From the NCBI GenBank assembly GCA_964016885.1, contig OZ024740.1, forward strand, positions 287,742,001-287,806,000: DNA of 64,000 nt, read 5' to 3'. Position 1 is the first letter of the stretch; each line of letters starts with the position of its first letter. Source of the DNA: Eledone cirrhosa (lineage: Eukaryota). Position numbers and translations under genes: made by a program. Below are positions 33,939 through 45,298 of this stretch, in pieces. Under the pieces are notes generated by a model. That model was not told the origin of the DNA, made no database searches, and saw nothing but the letters and a program-made list of their open reading frames with translations.

Positions 33939-35130
33939 ATCATCATCATTGTTTTTATGTCCACTTTTCCACACTTGCATTGATTGGACAGGTCCTTTTC
34001 AACACAGCATCTCTCCACTGATCACGTTTCTTCATCATCTCCTCTGTGTTTCAATGATTTGAGATCAGTTCGCACCTCCTCAGCTCAGGTCTTCCTATGC
34101 TGCAATTTCCTTCAACTGGGATTTCCTGGTATTTTTTTACCCAGCAATATCGTTCATGTGCGTCACATGTCCATACCAACAAACTCTACTCTCTTGCACA
34201 CTACTTCTATTCCTCTTAAGCCTAGTTTTCTCAGTTCATCCAAGCTCTGTCGTTCTCTTACATTAACATTGCACATCCATTGAAGCAGGCTTGCTTCATT
34301 TCTCTGCAACATTGCACACAAGTGTCATACAGCTGTCCTTTCATTCATAGGTAGAAACTGTTTGTTGTCAATAGAGGGAGTAGCTCTCTAAACTTCTTCC
34401 ATCCTAACCTTATTCTAGCTACTATGCTCTCGGAGCACCATCTTCCACTGCTAATTAGACCACCTAGGTAGCATAAGCTAACAACCACTTCTATGGATCC
34501 TTCATGTGATTGGAAAAGGTTTATATCACTGATGCTTTTACTATCGATTACTCCTGAGCATCTATTACATACAAAGTCTTCCTTTCCTGTTAGTCTACCT
34601 GCTATTCCACTACACCTCTTGTGTACTTAATATTGGTATCGTATACATCGTATAGAGTTTCTGCCTACTCCTTTTTTGCATATCGAACCTGCTTCGTAAC
34701 ACTTTAGTTTTTGCTAAGTTTACTTTCAGCCCTTTAGGTTGTAGGTTGTAAATCCTGTTTCCATATTCTGAACTTATTCTCTAGTTCTTCTACAGATATA
34801 GCTATAAGAACCAAATCATCAGTATAAAGAAGTTCCCATGGACAATGAGTCTTAAACTCCTCTGTTATGACCTGGACAAGTACAATGAACAGAAGTGGGC
34901 TGTACTAATTCATCACTAAACTCACTTCCTACTCTCACTTTACCAACAGATCTTCTGTACATTGCTTGCATTGCTATGACAGGTCAAGATGCTCTGTCAA
35001 AGGCTTTTTTAGAAAAACAAAAAACTAAATATAGCAGCTTATTCTTGGCTAGGAACTTCTCTTGTGGTTATCTCACTAAGAAGATGGCATCTGTAGTACT
35101 CCTCTCGAGCACAAAACCGAACTGTATTTT
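33939..35130 (-). mobile_element. Decayed RTE LINE 3' half
   Basis: (CAT)n tail at 33940; collinear with the reverse complement of about 8150-9520; many stops and deletions. Confidence 0.8.
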
Positions 35131-35829
35131 TATTTCCGTTTTTGTGGTTTATCTGAATGATTGGATGTGTTTATCCAGAATCTAAAAGGAAATGTACCAT
35201 GATGTAGGTGATATGCAGCTGCTTAGTCCAGAGAAGCTAAGGCCCTTGAGGTTGTGATAGAAGAGGCAGAGAGAAAAAACTGCATGTCAATAAGTTAAAG
35301 GTTGTAATGTGTTGGTGAGTGAATCTTTGCCAATCAGTCAAAAGGTTACCTTTGGGATATTGGACTAGGATGTTTGTGTAGCAGCAACATTGCTTGATGT
35401 ATGTAATTAGTTGTACTTTAGCTTTATAGTAGGGTCAGCAACTAACCCCCAAAAAAGAAGTCTAGTTTTGGGGATGCAATGTTGGTTATGTGGAAATCTC
35501 ATAAGATGAAATTACACTATTGTCTACTTCAGCTATACCTTCTTTCGTGTTGTGCTTTTTCTCCAAATGGATTTTTATCTTGCATGGTCACTTGCTGTAA
35601 TTTGAAAGTGCTGCCATACATGTCATATTGGCTTCATAGTATTTTCTGCTTCTAGAATAAAACAAGATTATATCACTGGAGTATTGCCAATATTTTTTCA
35701 TCATAAGTAGACTGTAAAAAAGAAAAAGAACTGACCAAAGATCACTAATCCACTTGAATAATCTTAGACTATAATTCTAGTTGTAACTGAAAATAACATG
35801 ATTGCCTAAATTATTGGTGATAAGTATAC

Positions 35830-36150
35830 CATCGAAGAGGAAAACTCTTAGAAAATTTGGGATAAAATGATATAAGCTGACCTTGCACAATTAAACCTTT
35901 CAAGGGTGATGATACAAGATCAAGGCCTCTAGCGATATGCTATTCTACAGAAGACCCATCTACCCATTACACAAGATGAAGCAAATATCTATAAGACACT
36001 AGTCTGTACTCATCTTCCCCCTCCCCTATCCATGCACCTTCTCACAACTTAATTCTCACCCACGCTCAACCGGCATACTCGTTTCATCCCCTCTACAACT
36101 GATACACTTCCTGTCTAATCCATGCAAACGACCATGGAAAGCTGGACATG
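35830..36150 (+). mobile_element. Decayed RTE 3' end with C-rich 3' UTR
   Basis: gctattctacagaagacccatctacc and gtctaatccatgcaa...catggaaagctggacatg resemble the ORF end and tail of the other RTE copies. Confidence 0.55.
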
Positions 36151-36184
36151 CTCCACACCTGCAGTCCTGCCACCATAACAAAAG

Positions 36185-36850
36185 CCACTGTTTGGTGGTT
36201 ATGCTGATGACAACAAAAAGCTCCCAGTCTGTGCTATAAGGCAGTTGTGCTGGTGACATGACAAAAGGCACCTGCTCCACCTTGTAGAGTGGTTGTGCTG
36301 GTGACATGACAAAGAAACACTCAGTCCACCCTATAAATGGCCATGCTGGTGCCACAATGTAAAAGCACCCAGTCCACTCTGTAGATAGTGTTGGTGCCAC
36401 AATGAAAAAGTACCCTGCCCACCATGTTATATTGTTTTAGTCCCACGATAAAAAGTATCCAGTCCACACTAATGTGTTCGGTGTTAGGAAGGGCATCCAG
36501 CTGTAGAAACCAAGCCAGAAACAGTTCCATATGAGCAAGACACAGTCACCTGACCTGACTTGCCTCATAATATGACAACTTGTTTAACCCTTTAACATTT
36601 ACATTACTCTGTATATATACTATTATATTTTCATGGTTACGGCTTTACCTTACATAATTTTCTCACATAACGTGTCTATGAGATTTTGATATTTATTTTG
36701 AGAACAATACCTTAACATCAGTATGAGCAGCTGGTTTCAGTTGGTCTGAACAGAAAGAAGTAAGAGAATTCTGGCTGGATACAGCCGGTTTAAGTGCTAA
36801 AGGGTTAACCTAAGACTGTGGAAAATAGACATTAAACAGTGATGATGATG
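36185..36850 (+). mobile_element. RTE-derived SINE-like element with tandemly amplified 5' module, interrupted by a MITE
   Basis: About six 40-48-bp units like gtgctggtgacatgacaaaaggcacc.gtccac.ctgtagagtggtt, then gtgttaggaagggcatccagctgtagaaacc; the tail resumes after 36808 and ends gatgatgatg. Confidence 0.75.
36584..36808 (+). mobile_element. piggyBac-type MITE (family 1) nested in a SINE
   Basis: TTAA-CCCTTTAACATTTA ... TAAGTGCTAAAGGG-TTAA; same interior as 31341-31569. Confidence 0.88.
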
Positions 36851-37451
36851 TGTTCGTGCGAGAGAGAGAGAAACACACACACAGATAGTCACTAATATCT
36901 AAACAGACAAACCAAGTGAGAGAGTAAAACAGATAGGGGAAGAGAGAGCTAAAGATAAATAAAACAAAATATACCAAAATATATTTATTGATAATTTCAC
37001 ATAGAATAAACTCTTTTGCTATTGACATGTGTATGTGCATGTAAGTGCTTCTCATTGCCACCACCATGTTTTAAGTGAGAGAGATTGTATTTCTCTGCCA
37101 CTACCTCATTTTCACCCTACAATGTCACATTAACGTTGTTGTCATATATGGTAGTGGTGGTATGTTGTGTACCCCAGCCAGCTTATGATAAAAGGCTTTT
37201 CAGCTGGGACCACCTTCTTCAATAAATGTCCTTTATTTAAGCTATGATAGGACCGGGGCCTCTATCATTAAAATCCCCAAGGAATCTCCTATGATATGCA
37301 ATCATGTAGACCTGTATGGGTGTGAGCTGTAACTTTTAGTTTTTCAATTATTATTTTTTTTAAATTTAAGGTGGCAGTACGAAATTTAAATGCCATTTGG
37401 CTCCTATTCCTAGCAGGTTGAAGGATACATAAAAGCGCTCTGTGTTGTATT

Positions 37452-37463
37452 TCTCTCTCTCTC

Positions 37464-37512
<49 letters not shown>
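37452..37512. repeat. (CT)n microsatellite
   Basis: Seen directly. Confidence 0.95.
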
Positions 37513-37517
<5 letters not shown>

Positions 37518-37957
37518 CCGTTTTATGTTCATTCTTCCATGCTAGCATGGGTTAGACGAGTTGTCCTGTTGTGGGCAATGCCAGGTCAGGTGACCATGTC
37601 TTGCTCATACAGAACTGATTTTGGCTATATATATATACATACATATTGGGTATGAATCAAAGTCGTAGCCGCAATAATGTAGCAGGTACTAATCGAGGTG
37701 TTTGAGGCATTCACAAAACACTCACTGGAGGAAGTTAAACATTATCGTCCACAGTATACACAAAAGTTAAGGTATGACACCAAGAAAAACGACCGAAGGC
37801 AGTGTATATATTATGATCATCACCGTTTAACGTCTATTTTTCCATGTTAGTATGGGTCAGACGAGTTATCCTGTTGCTCACACAGAACTGATTTTGGCTT
37901 GGTTTTTACAGCTGGATGCCCTTCCTAACGTCAACCTCATTTATGTGTACTGGGTGC
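37513..37957 (-). mobile_element. Two fragments of the RTE-tailed SINE-like family (37513-37627 and 37813-37957)
   Basis: catcaccgtttaacgtctatttttccatgctagcatgggttagacgagtt and ctggatgcccttcctaacg motifs. Confidence 0.75.
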
Positions 37958-38095
37958 TTTTTTCCAGCTGAGTAGATTGAAGCAATGTGAAATAAAAAGT
38001 CTTGCTCAAGGACAGCATACATGCCTGGTCTATGAATCAAACTCATACCCTTATAATGTGAGCCAAATATCCTAACCACTAAGCCACACACTTTC
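37958..38095 (-). mobile_element. tRNA-derived SINE head with CORE-like segment (second SINE family)
   Basis: Minus strand gtgtggcttagtggttagg (A box), gagtttgattc (B box), tgtccttgagcaagac (CORE-like). Confidence 0.7.
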
Positions 38096-38639
38096 ACATG
38101 TATACACTTGACAAGACTTGGGCCCCTATTATTAAAGCAGCATGGAAACCTACTGTCTGATGCAACCTTGTAGGAGGCTGGCTAAGCTTACATAGATATG
38201 GGCTATAACAGGAACATATATATATACATATTAGAAGGATACTTGATATTCCCTAGAAAATAAGCACTGTTGGTGGTCAATTTGTTGTGAAAATCATGGT
38301 AATTCAGCATGACTGTTATTTCAAACACATTTTTTTAATGTCTGTTTTTCCATGCTAACACGAGTAGGATGGAACTTTTTGATGCATAGTTTTGTGGTTG
38401 GATATTCTTTCTGACGCCCACAGCCTTTTAGTCACCTCTTACAATGTATAGGGATTGTTCATGTTATTTTTTACAAATTTCTTTACATTACAATAACCCC
38501 CCCCCCCCCCACACACACACACACACACATACATATGACCTATATATGGTTAAATCTTATTTTAGCATATTAAAAATGTGAATGTAAAATACAAAAGGAA
38601 TAATAATAATAAAAACTGGAACTAATGAAAATAAAATAC

Positions 38640-39410
38640 AAAAGAAGTGAAAGTAAATTCTATCAGGGAAAAGCCACACTCGATATGTAGGAAAAGAGTT
38701 GGCATAAACTCTATAGAATGTACACAATGCAGATCTTGGGTACACAAGAGGTGTAATGGAATAGCAGGAAAACTTCACATGTAGTAGATGTTCAAGGAAA
38801 ATTGATAGTAGAAATGTCAGTGATAGGCACATTTTAAAAATGCAGGTTGGATCTATGGAGGTGGTTGATAGCTTCCGATATCTAGGTGATTAGATTAGTA
38901 AGGAAGGAGGATGCTCCAAGGGCATAGTATCTAGAATAAGGACAGGATGGAAGAAGTTTAGGGAGCTGCTGCTGCTGTTGACAATGTAGGGTTTCTCCCT
39001 ACGAACGAAAGGCTGGTTATATGATGCCTGTGTGAGATGCGTGATGCTGCATGGTAGTGAGACATGGGCAGCAACTGCAGAGGATATGCGACGGCTGGAG
39101 AGAAATGAAATATGCTCCGATGGGTGTACAATGCCAATGTGCGTGAACAACCAAGCATAAACGAGTTGAGAGAGAAACTGTATAATAGGTATAAACTGTA
39201 GTGTGCGGGGGAGAAGATTGCGTTGGTGTGGTCATGTGATGTGCATGGAAGAAGACCGCTGGGTAAAGAAGTGCCAAGAAATCCCAGTGGAAGGAAGACC
39301 ATGAAAATCACAGAGGAAATGACGAAGGACCGTGAAAAATGGAGAGATGCTGAAAAGGACCTGTCCCACCCTTGCAAGCAAGGAAAAGCGGATGTAAAAA
39401 GATGATAATG
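38640..39410 (+). mobile_element. Decayed 3' copy of RTE subfamily B
   Basis: Long near-identical stretches to 8690-9515 (e.g. gatgcctgtgtgag, ggtagtgagacatgggcagcaac, cccacccttgcaagca); stops and deletions. Confidence 0.9.
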
Positions 39411-40293
39411 TAATGTGTCTGTGTATGTGTTGATATTACGCCTTCAGTCGGTTTTGATTAAACAAATCTATGATTGAAAGTAATCTAACTCTTACCAACC
39501 AGTCTTTTGGGAGTTACCTAAGGTACATGATCTACGACCATCCTATTAAGATGGTGGTTTGGGATTTGTGAGGGATTAAGCTGCTATTTAAAGCTGGAAT
39601 TTGTAGCCCTTTTAGTATCACAGTGAATGCCATATGCAGAAGAAACTGCTGTGAAAAATAACATATCTGGAATTTTATAGACCCATAGTTATTATAATTA
39701 AAAGGTGTAATAAAGTTCTGTAGGTGCAATTTACAAAAGTGTGGGTGAAAGGATGAATCCTTGTGTTACTATATAAATTTGGGTGATGCAGCATTGTAGT
39801 GGTACTGTTGTTTGTTGTACACAAAATAGGCTTGGCAACCTGAGAGTTAAATTAATGTTAAGTTGTATTAATATCGTGAGCATTAAAAACAATCCAATTA
39901 GAAATATTCTTGTAGTGAGGAAAAGAAAATATTAACTCAATAATGGTTGATAATTCTAGACATCTTTCAGTTTTATGACCTCCTCAGTGAAGCACTTTTT
40001 ATAATTTGAAGACAGTTCTAAATTTTTTAATAACAATGTAAGATCAAAACTGTAAGTGCAGATCTTACTTATTTGAAGAATATTTGACACCTTTTATTTT
40101 ATCTTATTTTCAAAGACACCTTTAATAATTGTGGTAACTTATTCCCATGATTGTTGCCAGTAAACATCTTTTGCATTGTATATGATTTTACTTGTAGCTT
40201 TGTGTGCAATGTAGTTACTTTGGCATAATTAATGTCTAGGTCTTTGTATTTTAATGTAAATTTTTTATTTATTTATTTATTTATTTTTTTTAG

Positions 40294-40469
40294 GATAAAA
40301 AATGGAATAAAAGTGAAAAACAACGTTTCCGAGAAGAAGCAGAAATGTTAAAAGACCTACAACATCCTAATATTGTACGGTTTTATGACTCGTGGGAAGA
40401 AACTAATTCCCGGGGTCGAAAAATAATTATTCTAGTAACCGAATTGATGACTTCTGGGACACTGAAGAC
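40294..40469 (+). CDS. WNK: WNK kinase exon (kinase subdomains III-V)
   Basis: AG/GT bounded; [36 protein letters not shown]...[14 protein letters not shown]; phase 0 to 2. Confidence 0.96.
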
Positions 40470-40579
40470 GTAAGTTTTTCTTTATATAAGTAAATGTGTA
40501 ATTTCCAGTAACTTCAAAATTATCTTCAATTTTTCTTAAAATCTTTTTTTTTTTTCTTTCTTTTCAATTTCTGTTTTAG

Positions 40580-40800
40580 ATACATCAAAAGGTTTAAAAA
40601 AATAAATATCAAAGTATTAAAAAACTGGTGTCGACAAATTCTTAAAGGACTTCTGTTTCTTCATACTAGAACACCTCCTGTAATTCACCGTGATCTTAAA
40701 TGTGATAACATATTCATAACAGGAACAACTGGATCTGTGAAAATTGGAGATTTAGGATTAGCCACATTGAAAAATAAGTCCTTTGCTAAGAGTGTTATAG
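40580..40800 (+). CDS. WNK: WNK kinase exon (catalytic loop, DLG motif, activation loop)
   Basis: YIKRFKK...[58 protein letters not shown]; phase 2 to 1. Confidence 0.97.
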
Positions 40801-40852
40801 GTATGTATTTTATGCTAAATATATATGCATATGTATAATATATATATAGATA

Positions 40853-40899
<47 letters not shown>

Positions 40900-41362
40900 G
40901 TATGTATGTGTGTGTGTATATATATATATATTGTATTACATTTCGAATTTATTTAATAACTTGTCTTTCAGAATTTCCTTCACCTTTGTATTTTGTCTTT
41001 TTCATTTGAAAAATGCTAAATTATTTCAATTTCTTTAGAATTTTTTAGTGTGCACATTGCTTGTGATCTTCAAAGAAAATAATTGTTATGGTTGCTTCAG
41101 GCTAATGGTTTCATTTTGAATATTATAAACAATATTTATAGTTATGAATTTTTTTTTTTTTTCTCTCTGTATACATTGGATCTAGAATTGCATTAAAAAA
41201 AAAAAAAAAATATTTATCAAATTCTCTCAAACTGAAAATCGAATCATTTGTTGTTGCCATCACAAGCCCTGTGTCATGCTGCTTAGTTTAGTTGAAAGGT
41301 TCCAGCTTGCAGTTATCTTGGGTGAGTTAAAAACCTATTGTTTCCCCATATATACATTTATG

Positions 41363-41393
<31 letters not shown>

Positions 41394-41715
41394 CAAATTT
41401 TTTTTTTTTTTTTTTTAATATACAATTATTAATACACTCACATGTGTTATCACTAATGATATTTTGTGGCTGTAATTATGCAGTTCTTTCTGTTTTGAAA
41501 CAGATTTCCCTGTTAAATTGATTGTTACAGTAGGTGAGAAGAAAAGGTAAGATGTGGGGGATCATTCTTAGCTCTTGATTTTGCGCTAGTTTATTCTAGG
41601 ACGCTGGACACCTGGTGATTGCACTTGTACTAATGACCTTGTATTCCCTCACGGTCTTTCCCTTTCTAGACTGCCGAGACAACATACAAAGACATCATCT
41701 TTGTATACTTTTAAG

Positions 41716-41873
41716 GTACACCTGAGTTCATGGCGCCCGAGATGTATGAAGAGCACTATGACGAATCTGTGGATGTCTATGCGTTTGGTATGTGCATGCT
41801 AGAGATGGCCACGTCAGAATACCCTTACAAAGAATGTTCGAATGCTGCGCAGATCTACAAAAGAGTCACCAGT
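41716..41873 (+). CDS. WNK: WNK kinase exon (APE motif onward)
   Basis: [53 protein letters not shown]; phase 1 to 0; donor gtgagt. Confidence 0.97.
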
Positions 41874-42670
41874 GTGAGTTACATATTTTGAGTATATTTT
41901 TTTATATTAGTATCTAAATTAGAATTCCTGCCAATCGGAAAGCATCTTCTATCTGATGATCACAAGATTTTCTGTTAGTTTTATTATCATTGTAGCTTTA
42001 GGGTCATACTGTTGACATAGTTAAGAAATTGTTGAATATATCAACCATATGGGAATTCTATTTCATTTTTTTATCATCATTTTTTAAATAGTTTCCTAAA
42101 GAGAAAAGAGTTGTTTTTCTTCTCTTGAACCATTTATTAGTTTCCAAGAAATTGTCTCATTATTATGAACATTTGAAAGGATCAGGAATACTTAATGTTG
42201 CTCTCTTAATTCTAAGCTCTTGTTAAGTATACAGTTCTTAAAATTATCAAATTCCTGATGTAATGTTCTATTGATTAAATTTTTTTCTGTGGTTGTTACA
42301 TCAAAATATTGATGCATGAGAAAACCAAATAAACTACTACAACCTGTTAATCCCTCTAAATATTTGAGTTTGAACTTTATGTAATCCAATTTCTTTATCT
42401 ACTTTTGATATTTGGCCATCTTTGCTGCTGTATTTATTGTAAGAAAGGAGTTGCATTACATTAATCATTCTCAGAATTATTTCTTTGGCAGATTAGGTAA
42501 CTGAATACAATTTCCATGATTGGTATCTTCATCCAAGTGTCTCCCGAGTATCAGTTGGTAACGAAATATTGTAAGGTTGGGAGATAATTCCATGATCCCA
42601 TTTGAGATAATTCTCAAAACAAAAATGGCTTTATTATATAAAGCAAATCCTTTTTGATCAACATTGCTGA

Positions 42671-43870
42671 AAAACAATTATATATAGTAATGAAAATCTC
42701 CTTATCAATTTGAAATGCCCTGAATGCAATAGTAATATTTTCTTTCTTTTTTTTTTTTTTTAAACTTAAAAATTATTTCTTCAATAATTTAAGTTAGATA
42801 TTCCTATGTATTAGTATTTAAGAGAAATGATCACTTTGCAGCTTTCATTTGATATTGATAAATCAATCTATATTGATTGTTTTTTTATTTATTTTTTTTT
42901 AAAAGGGTTTTTTGAATAGTTGATCTAGTGTTTTGACATGTAATTTTCTTAGTATATCAGACTTGTATTTTTACACTGAACTACATTATATCCTTATTAC
43001 TTTGTAGTAATTTTCATTTTCTCTTGTCACAGAACTACTGCTGGCAGAAAAATCTTTTTTATTTATATTATGTTTTTGTTTAACTATAATTCTTTCTTTT
43101 GCAAACATTTCATTTTCAAATAAAATAAAAGTGGAATGATATCATCAAGGTGACCAACAGTATTCCATTCTGAATTTTCTTTTCATTTCTCTATGAAGTA
43201 ACATTATTTCAAAATGTTATATGAAGTAACTCAAAGTTTCTAAATAAATTTGCTTCTTTTTTCTTATGTAAAATGAATGAATGATTACTCAATAATTATT
43301 GAATATAAATAGTAAATTATTTAGATTTGGGGTTAATAACATTCCATATCTCAGGTTGTAAAAATTAATTATATCTACATTTTCCCCCCTATTTTAAGAG
43401 AAATTCTTTGACTGAGCCTAATTAAATTGTTTTGTTACAGATAATAATGAAAAAATTAAAAGATAGTTTACATAGAGATATAATTGATACCACTTGTTAG
43501 GCAACAGTCTTTCGTGTAATATTGGTATTTTATTCACTAACAATCATAAAATTGATTGTTCTTGACTTTTCACAGTTAGACAAACACTCGTAATAGTTAT
43601 TTGTATTGAGTTAGTTTTTAAATAAGGATGTTCTAAATTATGATAATAGTAAATTGACTTAGTTTTATGGAGGAAATCCTTTAGATAGAAAACAATATAT
43701 AGTAATAAAAATTTCTATCAGTTTGATGTGAATGCAATAGTAATATTTTTTTTTAAACTTAAAAATAATTTCTTAAATAATTTAAATTAGACATTCCCGT
43801 ATATTAGTATTTGCAACTTTTATTTGATAGTGAAAAATTAATTGAACTGTAATTAGTTATATTGATTGCT
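42671..43870 (+). repeat. Pair of diverged ~190-bp direct repeats (42671-42880 and 43689-43870)
   Basis: Shared aaaacaat.tatatagtaat...tgaatgcaatagtaatatttt...taaacttaaaaat.atttctt.aataatttaa.ttaga.attcc..t.tattagtattt. Confidence 0.75.
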
Positions 43871-44156
43871 AAAACCAAGGGTAATTATATAATTTTGTTT
43901 TAGGATTTCTTGTTAAATAATGTTTTTGAATTATTTTAGATGTTTTTGAATATATTTCAGATTTTGGCTTAAAGAATTCTGTCAGTTGCTAAAAATTGGT
44001 TTGTATGTTACTAGCCATTAATTTGAAATGGCATCAGTATATGTTTATTTGGGCTGTTTATTTCTTTCTCTATATATTTTTTATTAAAAACTAATTTTTG
44101 AAAATTTTATAAAAATGTTTTGGGTGAAATTTAACCTATCTTTTCTTTTTGAATAG

Positions 44157-44245
44157 GGGATTAGACCAGAGGCTATAGAAAAGGTAGAGAATGAAGAGAT
44201 CAGGGAAATTATTGAACGTTCAATACAAACAAAAAAAGACGATAG
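44157..44245 (+). CDS. WNK: WNK kinase exon (C-lobe)
   Basis: GIRPEAIEKVENEEIREIIERSIQTKKDDR; AG/GT bounded; phase 0 to 2. Confidence 0.92.
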
Positions 44246-44349
44246 GTATAAATGTATTTTCGTTGACTGTTTCATATTAGAAACTTATTTTATTATTGAA
44301 TTTTCTTTGAATAGTTTGCCCAAATTTATTGTTCATTATTTTCTGTTTG

Positions 44350-44450
44350 CATCATCATTATTATCATGATCATGATCATCATCATCATCATCATCATCAT
44401 CATATGTCAGCTTTTATGCCATGCTGGCATAAGTTGGACAGGTCTCGTTA
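44350..44450 (-). repeat. (CAT)n tract with remnant of an RTE/SINE tail
   Basis: Long CAT run followed by ccatgctggcataagttggac. Confidence 0.6.
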
Positions 44451-45066
44451 CTCATTGCAGTCTAATCATCTGACACACAACAGCAGAAAACCAGTGAACT
44501 TTTTTGTGTGTATGTCTCATTCAGCTATTTTAAAGAATATCCATAAGCATGTATGTGTTTATTGGGAAATGGTTTTGATCTTAGATTTTACATTTGGATA
44601 AATTTTAGCAGAATTCTATAGTTTTATACAACCAATTATAATTGTTTGCTTTGCAAATTCACTTATATATTTTATTCATTTTAACTAGGTCACTCATAGT
44701 TGTTTGATTATAGGTTAAAAAAAAAAAAATGAGATACTGGTTTGAACAAATTCTATGTACTAAGTATATTTTAATTGTAATCATTGAATTTATATTTTCT
44801 CATTTTAAAAAGATGGCTAATATAAGAATATTATGTTCTTTCACATTAATTGAAATAAAATTGTGATCTTGTATTAGACAGTCTCTTTATCCTGTGTGTA
44901 TTTAAAATATGTTGCAAAGCCAAGCCATCTAATTTAAGCCAGTATGGAAAATAGATATTAAAAAGAATGTTTTTTTTAAAATGGGGGCTGACTTTAGTAT
45001 GCTTTCAAACGATTGCTATATATTTTATAAACATTTTTTCCTGTTTTCTTTTTGTCATTCTACCAG

Positions 45067-45298
45067 ATATATGGTAAAAGAATTATTGCAGTTAAATTTC
45101 TTCTTAGAAGATACTGGTTTGAAAGTAGAGCTGGTTTCATGGCATGATGAAAATGATGTTGATAAAAGCCAAATTATTCAACTCCGCTTAAGAGTGGTAG
45201 ATCCAAAAAAACGAAAAGATAAACATAAAGAAAATGAAGCTATTCAGTTTGGCTTTGATTTAAAGAAAGATAATCCTGAAGATGTAGCAAGAGAAATG
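45067..45298 (+). CDS. WNK: WNK exon (kinase end + PF2/CCT-like autoinhibitory domain)
   Basis: YMVKELLQLNFFLEDTGLKVE...LRLRVVDPKKRKDKHKENEAIQFGFDLKKDNPEDVAREM; phase 2 to 0. Confidence 0.95.

Noticed and set aside
28790-36510. CRISPR-like reading of the two tandem arrays
   Set aside because: Units are homologous along their whole length with no unique spacers; eukaryotic context; no cas genes.
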